From Pseudomonadota bacterium (GTDB taxonomy: Bacteria; Bdellovibrionota_B; Oligoflexia; Oligoflexales; CAIYRB01), in assembly GCA_031416315.1 (NCBI GenBank), contig JANOTL010000096.1, positions 1 through 11,750 of the forward strand: a stretch of DNA of 11,750 bases, given 5' to 3'. The notes under the pieces were generated by a model. That model saw only the letters and a list, made by a program, of their open reading frames with translations, ran no database searches and was not told the DNA's origin. This document shows positions 6,558 through 11,750 of this stretch, one piece after another. The stretch's first letter is position 1; each line of letters opens with the position of its first letter. A program made the translations under genes and the position numbers.

Positions 6558-8423
6558 ATGACGACTTCGAGCGCGATAAAAGGTGACGCCATGACCGAAG
6601 ATACCGCGGAAAAAAGCGACCCGGCCCTGGGTGTCGCCACGCCCGCAGAGGTGCCGGCCGCGGCGCCCGAGCAGCCGAAATGGTCGAACCTTCCGACCGT
6701 CTCCTTCCGCAAGCTCCAGCGGAAGACGCTCGGCCAGATCCTCGTCGAGTCGAAGGCGCTCTCCACCGAGCAGCTCGAGACCGCGCTCTCGAAGCAAAAA
6801 GAGACCCAAGGCAAAATCGGCGAGATCCTGGTCCAGGAGCAGCTCGTCACGGAAGAAGACATGCTGCGCGCCCTCGCGTACCAGCTCGACCTCCCGTACT
6901 ACGCCCGCCTCCCGGTCAACGACATCGACTCGTCGCTCGTCGACTCGATCCCGATCCAGTTCTGCCGGGACAACAAGATCCTCCCGGTGGCGCGCGACGA
7001 CTTCAACGTCACCGTCGCCGTGGCGGATCCGCTCAACATCTTCCCGCTCGACGACTTGCGCCTGATCCTGTCGACCAACATCAATATGATCGTGAGCCCC
7101 CCGGGGATCATCGAGAGCTCGATCAACCGCGTCTACGAGCGCTCGAACGACTCCTCGCAGAAAGTTCTCGACGACTTGAACGAGAACAACATCACGGGCG
7201 ACGACGACCTCGAGGAGACGAGAGACCTCCTCGACGGCTCCGACGACGAGAAGCCGATCATCCGGCTCGTGAACGGCCTCTTGGCCCGCGCCGTCAAAGA
7301 AAAGGCCTCGGACATCCACATCGAGCCTTACGAGAACGAGATCATGGTGCGGTTCCGCATCGACGGCGCCCTCCAGGACAAGATGCAGCTGCCCCGCCAG
7401 CACAGCTCGACGCTCGCGACCCGGATCAAGATCATCGGCAAGCTCAACATCGCCGAGAAGCGCGTGCCGCAGGACGGCCGCATCAACTTCCGCGTCGCCG
7501 GCAAAGAGGTCGACGTCCGTCTCTCGGTCCTGCCGACGAACCACGGCGAGCGCATCGTCATGCGCCTCTTGGACAAATCCTCCGGCGCGAAACGCCTGGA
7601 GGACATGGGTCTCGAGCAGGAGATCTTCAACAAGTGGACGCAGTGCCTGACGCAGAACCACGGCATCGTCCTGGTGACCGGCCCGACCGGCTCCGGAAAG
7701 ACGACGCTCCTCTACGCCTCGCTCATGCACATCAACACGACCGACATCAACATCGTGACCATCGAAGACCCGGTCGAGTATCAGCTCGCGGGCGTCGGTC
7801 AGGTCGAGGTGAAGGAGAAGATCGGCCTCACCTTCATGGAAGGCCTCCGCTCCATCCTGCGCCAGGATCCGGACGTCATCATGATCGGCGAGATCCGGGA
7901 CGCGGAGACCGCCGGCATCGCCATCCAGTCTTCGATGACCGGTCACCTGGTGTTCTCGACCCTCCACACGAACGACACCGCCTCTACCGTGACCCGCTTC
8001 CTCGACTTGAAGGTGCAGCCCTTCCAGATCGCGACGGCCGTGCTCGCGATCATGGCGACTCGCCTCGTCCGAAAGCTCTGCGGCACCTGCAAGGAGTCGT
8101 ACGATCCGATCGACGGCGAGCTGAAGCTGATGAACATCACCCGAGACGGCCTCGCCGGCCGCAAGATCTACCGCGCCGGCAACGGCTGCGAGGACTGCCA
8201 GAACCGCGCCTACACCGGCCGAATGGGCGTGCACGAGCTCCTGATCATCGACGACGAGATTCGCGAGGTGCTCCTCGCCTCCCAGGACGCCAACAAGATC
8301 AAGAAAAAGTCGATCGAGCTCGGCATGAAGACCCTGCGCGACTCGGCCATCCAGAAGGTTCTGCTCGGCCTCACCTCCCTGGACGAGGCGCTTTCTTCGA
8401 CGCAGACTGACGAGCTCAGCTAA
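6558..8423 (+). CDS. gspE: Type II secretion system ATPase E with MshEN-like N-terminal domain
   Basis: ASDIHIEP, RFRIDG, IAEKRVPQDGR, Walker A GPTGSGKTT, TIEDPVEY, LRQDPDVIMIGEIRD, TGHLVFSTLHTND, tetra-Cys CGTC...CEDC. Alternative start at ATG 6591 (AGGTGA SD). Confidence 0.96.
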   Translation: MTTSSAIKGDAMTEDTAEKSDPALGVATPAEVPAAAPEQPKWSNLPTVSFRKLQRKTLGQILVESKALSTEQLETALSKQKETQGKIGEILVQEQLVTEEDMLRALAYQLDLPYYARLPVNDIDSSLVDSIPIQFCRDNKILPVARDDFNVTVAVADPLNIFPLDDLRLILSTNINMIVSPPGIIESSINRVYERSNDSSQKVLDDLNENNITGDDDLEETRDLLDGSDDEKPIIRLVNGLLARAVKEKASDIHIEPYENEIMVRFRIDGALQDKMQLPRQHSSTLATRIKIIGKLNIAEKRVPQDGRINFRVAGKEVDVRLSVLPTNHGERIVMRLLDKSSGAKRLEDMGLEQEIFNKWTQCLTQNHGIVLVTGPTGSGKTTLLYASLMHINTTDINIVTIEDPVEYQLAGVGQVEVKEKIGLTFMEGLRSILRQDPDVIMIGEIRDAETAGIAIQSSMTGHLVFSTLHTNDTASTVTRFLDLKVQPFQIATAVLAIMATRLVRKLCGTCKESYDPIDGELKLMNITRDGLAGRKIYRAGNGCEDCQNRAYTGRMGVHELLIIDDEIREVLLASQDANKIKKKSIELGMKTLRDSAIQKVLLGLTSLDEALSSTQTDELS

Positions 8424-9643
8424 TGCCTATTTTTACATATAAGGGCTACGACGCGACCGGGGCGGTGAAGAAAGGCCGCATCGAGGCCGACTCGGCGAAG
8501 GCCGCGCGCGGCAAGCTCCGGTCGAAGGACAAGATCGTCGTCTCGGAGATGAAGGAGGAGGCCTCCTCCGAGAAGCTGAAGGCGAAGAAATCCTTCTCCA
8601 TCGGCGGCGGCGTCAAGATCGGCGACATCTCGGTGATGACCCGGCAGTTCGCGACCTTGGCCAACGCCCACGTGCCGCTCGACGAATCTTTGCGCGCCCT
8701 GATCTCTCAGGTCGAGAACACGGTCCTCCGCAACACGCTCCAAGCCGTGAAAGAGCAGATCTCCGAGGGCAAATCCCTCGCCGACGCCATGAGCCAGTAC
8801 CCGGCCGTATTCAGCCGCCTCTACGTCAACATGGTGAAGGCCGGCGAAAGCTCGGGCACCTTGGGGCTCGTCTTCGACCGCCTCGCCGATTACCAAGAAA
8901 AAGAGGTTGAGACGCGCGGCCAGCTGGTCGGCGCTATGACCTACCCGGCGGTGATGCTCTTAGCCAACGTCGGCCTCATCGGTTACCTGGTGATGAGTCT
9001 CGTGCCGAAGCTGCAGAAGGTGTTCACCAGCCTCAAGGCGAAGCTCCCGATCTATACTGAGATGGTCATCGGCCTCTCCGAGTGGCTGCAGAAGTGGTGG
9101 TTCACGGTCCCGGTCTTCGTCTTCGCCGCCTTCTTCGCCTTCCGGACTTGGACGGCCACGCCGAAGGGTCGCTACAAGTTCGACGACATGATGCTGAAGG
9201 CGCCGGTGTTCGGCCCTTTGATCATGCGCCTCCAGGTGTCGCGTTTCTGCCAGACGCTGTCTACTTTGCTGGCATCGGGTGTGCCCATCATTCGGGCGCT
9301 CGAGATCACCAAGAACATCATCTCCAACGCCGTCATCGCCCAGGTGCTCGAAGACGCCAAGACCGCCGTCCAAGAAGGGAAGAACCTCGGCGTCTGCATC
9401 GAGAAATCCGGGCGCTTCCCGCCGCTCGTCGTCCACATGATCATGACGGGCGAGCGCACCGGCCAGCTGGAAGAGATGTTGGGCCACGTCTCCAAAGCCT
9501 ACGAGGCCGAGGTGACGAGGAAGATCGAGTCGATGATCTCCCTCGTCGAGCCCGTGATGACGATCATGATGGCCGGCTCCGCCGGCGGCATCATCGCCGC
9601 GATCATGGTGCCGATGCTTGGGATTATGAACCAGATACGCTAA
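8423..9643 (+). CDS. gspF: Type II secretion system inner-membrane platform protein F
   Basis: TAATG overlap with gspE. MPIFTYKG...G.IEADS, TRQFATL, EGKSLADAM, LYVNMVKAGESSGTL, AMTYP, LLASGVP, MIMTGERTGQLEEML, SLVEP; three hydrophobic segments. Confidence 0.96.
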   Translation: MPIFTYKGYDATGAVKKGRIEADSAKAARGKLRSKDKIVVSEMKEEASSEKLKAKKSFSIGGGVKIGDISVMTRQFATLANAHVPLDESLRALISQVENTVLRNTLQAVKEQISEGKSLADAMSQYPAVFSRLYVNMVKAGESSGTLGLVFDRLADYQEKEVETRGQLVGAMTYPAVMLLANVGLIGYLVMSLVPKLQKVFTSLKAKLPIYTEMVIGLSEWLQKWWFTVPVFVFAAFFAFRTWTATPKGRYKFDDMMLKAPVFGPLIMRLQVSRFCQTLSTLLASGVPIIRALEITKNIISNAVIAQVLEDAKTAVQEGKNLGVCIEKSGRFPPLVVHMIMTGERTGQLEEMLGHVSKAYEAEVTRKIESMISLVEPVMTIMMAGSAGGIIAAIMVPMLGIMNQIR

Positions 9644-9704
9644 TCTCATATTCACGTGGCGCGCGTTACCAGAACTCCATCTGCCCTTCCGTGACGAGGA
9701 TCAC

Positions 9705-10172
9705 ATGCTGACCAAACTCCGTTCCGCTGCTCTTCTGCCCGTCGCGCGTGGTGAGCGCGGCATGTCCCTGATCGAGATCATCATCGTCGTCGCGCTTCTC
9801 GGCACCTTGATGGCCTACATGGTCTCGAACCTCATCGGCCAGTCCGAGGAAGCGAAGAAAGACCAGACGCGCCTCGCCATGGGCGTCATCCAGCAGTCCC
9901 TGCAGATGTACCGCATCCACAACAACAAGTACCCGACCACCGAGCAGGGCCTGAAGGCCCTCCTCGAGAACCCGGGCGACTCGAAGAGCTGGCGCGGCCC
10001 CTACATCGAGCCGAACAAGCTGAAAGATCCCTGGCAGGCGGATTTCGCCTACGACGGCGACGGCCGTGCCTTCAAGATCATCTCCGGCGGCCCCGACAAC
10101 TCGGTCGGCAACGAGGACGACATCACTTATCCCGACGCGGCCGAAGCGGCGGGTCCGGCGCCAGCGCCCTGA
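9705..10172 (+). CDS. gspG: Type II secretion system major pseudopilin G
   Basis: Class III signal peptide ERG|MSLIEIIIVVALLG; T2SSG motifs YPTTEQGLKAL, WRGPY, KDPW, IISGGPD...EDDI. SD GAGGA upstream. Confidence 0.95.
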   Translation: MLTKLRSAALLPVARGERGMSLIEIIIVVALLGTLMAYMVSNLIGQSEEAKKDQTRLAMGVIQQSLQMYRIHNNKYPTTEQGLKALLENPGDSKSWRGPYIEPNKLKDPWQADFAYDGDGRAFKIISGGPDNSVGNEDDITYPDAAEAAGPAPAP

Positions 10173-10187
10173 AGTAGGATGGCGGTC

Positions 10188-10204
10188 TCCTGATTTTTTC
10201 AGGA
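10188..10204. other. Short inverted repeat TCCTGA-TTTTT-TCAGGA after gspG
   Basis: 6-bp arms at 10188-10193 and 10199-10204 with a T5 spacer, read directly. Confidence 0.35.
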
Positions 10205-10220
10205 TTCGTGCGACAATGTA

Positions 10221-10246
10221 GAAGGGGAACCCACCGGTTCCCCTTC
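10221..10246 (+). other. Strong stem-loop between gspG and gspH (mRNA stabiliser or attenuator candidate)
   Basis: Perfect 11-bp stem GAAGGGGAACC / GGTTCCCCTTC with loop CACC. No downstream U-run. Confidence 0.6.
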
Positions 10247-10263
10247 GTGCGTCGGGCCCCATC

Positions 10264-11058
10264 ATGCGGACGGATCCATTCGTGCAAACGCGTCGCGGTG
10301 AAGAAGGCTTTAGCCTGATCGAGACGATCATCGTCGTCTCCTTGATCGCCTTCGTCTACACGGTCGCATTGCCGCAGCTTTCGCTCAAGACCGGCACCGA
10401 GGTCGCCAACAAGCTGAACCAGCTCGCGAGCGACGTGCGCAACGCCTACGACTTCGCCGTCCTGTCGAAGAAGACCTATCGCATGGTGTTCGTCCTGAAC
10501 AGCGGCGATTACTGGCTCGAAGAGGCCGACCGCCCCGACGTCATCCTGGGGAACGAGAGGATCGGGCACGACGCGACCGAGGACGAGGAGAAAGAGGAGA
10601 TGGTCGCCTTCGACACCAAGTTCGAAGAGTTTAAAGAGCTTGCCGGCGCCGAGGTCCAGGATCCGGAGAAGGACGGCAAGCCGATCATGCCCACCTCGCC
10701 CGTACTCTCCGCCAAGAACTCGCTGCGCAAAGCGCGCTGGACGCGCGTCGACACGCTGGAATGGTCGGAGCGCACCTTGGGCACGAACCTTCTGATCAAG
10801 GACATGCAGGCGGAGCATCACGGCCAGAAGCAGGAGCTCGCGGAGCTCGGCGAGAAGGGCCGCGCGATGATTTACTTCTTCCCCGCCGGCTACGTCCAGC
10901 GCGCCTACTTGCACGTCTTCTACAAGAAGGACGAGCTGGTCCCGGACGAGTCTCAACAGCCCTACACCGTGATCACCAAGCCGTTCGAAGGCACCGCGGA
11001 CGTGATTCCCGGCTATCAGGAAGTGGACGTGCATGACGATCGGGACGACAAAACCTAA
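10264..11058 (+). CDS. gspH: Minor pseudopilin, GspH-like (prepilin N-terminal cleavage/methylation domain)
   Basis: EEG|FSLIETIIVVSLIAFVYTVALP; GspH/FimT-like LASDVRNAYDFAVLSKKTYRMVF and IYFFPAG. Directly follows gspG. The symbol rests partly on gene order. Confidence 0.8.
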   Translation: MRTDPFVQTRRGEEGFSLIETIIVVSLIAFVYTVALPQLSLKTGTEVANKLNQLASDVRNAYDFAVLSKKTYRMVFVLNSGDYWLEEADRPDVILGNERIGHDATEDEEKEEMVAFDTKFEEFKELAGAEVQDPEKDGKPIMPTSPVLSAKNSLRKARWTRVDTLEWSERTLGTNLLIKDMQAEHHGQKQELAELGEKGRAMIYFFPAGYVQRAYLHVFYKKDELVPDESQQPYTVITKPFEGTADVIPGYQEVDVHDDRDDKT

Positions 11059-11750
11059 AGAGAGCCCCGCTCCTTCCTCGCGCTCCGTCCTGCGGCGCGC
11101 CGGCGAGCGCAGCTTCACGCTGATCGAGACGATCATCGCGCTGTCGATCATCGCGTTCTTGATCGTCGAGGTCGCGACCGTGCAGGGCAACTCGATCGTG
11201 TTCTCGGAGTACGGCCGGAACGTCACGCACGCGACCTGGCTCGCGAAGCGCGTGATGTCGCAGGTCGAGTACTACTGGGGCACCAAAGAGTTCAAGGAGA
11301 TGGAGAGCAAGATCGACGAGCGCAAGTTCGAGGACTTCCCGGAGTACTCGTACAGCCTCGAGACGAAGGAGTGGAAATTCCCGTTCCTGCAGCTGCTCTC
11401 GGGCGCGATGGGCGGCGGCGGCAGCGGCTCCGCCGAGGAAAGCGCGAGCGGCAGCGCCGGCGCCGACGGCATGCTCGACACCGTCATCAAGCAGGTGTTC
11501 GGCGACGAGCCGATCTTCATGACCGCGCACACCAACGTGTGCTGGTCGGAGGGCGCGTCGAAGCAGTGCTCTGGCTTGACGCTTTTGCTGACCAACAAGG
11601 CGAAGCTTGATCAGACGATCGTCTCTTTGAAGAAAACCTACGACGACAAGATGCGGCCGACCCCCGCCGCTGGCACGCCGCCGCCGCCCAAGCCGCCGAC
11701 GGCGGGCGGCACGACGGCGGGTGGGGCTCCGGGCGGCGCCACGGGCGGCG
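11033..11750 (+). CDS. gspI: Minor pseudopilin, GspI-like, 3'-truncated by the window edge
   Basis: Not in the ORF track because there is no stop in the window. ATG 11033 overlaps gspH by 26 nt. Translation MTIGTTKPKESPAPSSRSVLRRAGERS|FTLIETIIALSIIAFLIVEV...ATWLAKRVMSQVE...FEDFPEYSY...VCWSEG... has the GspI-like A.WLA...M and V.W patterns. The symbol rests partly on gene order. Confidence 0.8.
   Translation, partial: MTIGTTKPKESPAPSSRSVLRRAGERSFTLIETIIALSIIAFLIVEVATVQGNSIVFSEYGRNVTHATWLAKRVMSQVEYYWGTKEFKEMESKIDERKFEDFPEYSYSLETKEWKFPFLQLLSGAMGGGGSGSAEESASGSAGADGMLDTVIKQVFGDEPIFMTAHTNVCWSEGASKQCSGLTLLLTNKAKLDQTIVSLKKTYDDKMRPTPAAGTPPPPKPPTAGGTTAGGAPGGATGG

Noticed and set aside
1717..8410. Long antisense and alternate-frame ORFs (e.g. 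1717-2880, 2787-3929, 6423-8234, 6680-8410)
   Set aside because: Typical shadows of high-GC3 codon bias over well-supported genes, with no recognisable motifs.
9652..9672. Possible sigma54 promoter (TGGCGCG...) before gspG, and TCACGTG shared with the gspC upstream region
   Set aside because: There is no GC at the -12 position, and a 7-bp match alone is too short to support a shared regulatory site.
10315..11138. Exact 19-nt repeat CTGATCGAGACGATCATCG at 10315-10333 and 11120-11138
   Set aside because: It encodes the shared pilin N-terminal LIETII motif with preferred codons. It is not a CRISPR repeat, and there is no evidence of a recombination cassette.
6558..11750. Interpretation as a type IV pilus, MSHA or Tad locus
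   Set aside because: GspC (HR+PDZ), a GspD-type N0-N3 secretin and T2SSG motifs in the major pilin indicate a T2SS. There is no PilT, PilMNOP or Tad gene in the window.

Overview
GC-rich bacterial chromosomal window; the protein style suggests a Bdellovibrionota/Myxococcota-like organism, but this is inference only. On the left (- strand) are a crotonase/enoyl-CoA hydratase-family gene and the 5' end of a translationally coupled unknown gene. Diverging from them on the + strand is a probable operon: shikimate kinase (aroK) followed by a type II secretion system cluster, gspC1-gspC2-gspD-gspE-gspF-gspG-gspH-gspI (gspI runs off the window). I found no RNA genes, mobile elements or CRISPR arrays. 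The T2SS is a known machine, but this copy has notable variants: two tandem, full-length, divergent GspC paralogs (only the second has four periplasmic Cys), a GspE with a degenerate MshEN (c-di-GMP-binding-type) N-terminus, a secretin with long Pro-rich N- and C-terminal extensions, enlarged minor pseudopilins with non-canonical cleavage-site residues, and twin hairpins after gspG. The crotonase lacks the second catalytic Glu and looks ECHDC1-like. I cannot confirm from sequence alone that any of this is undescribed.
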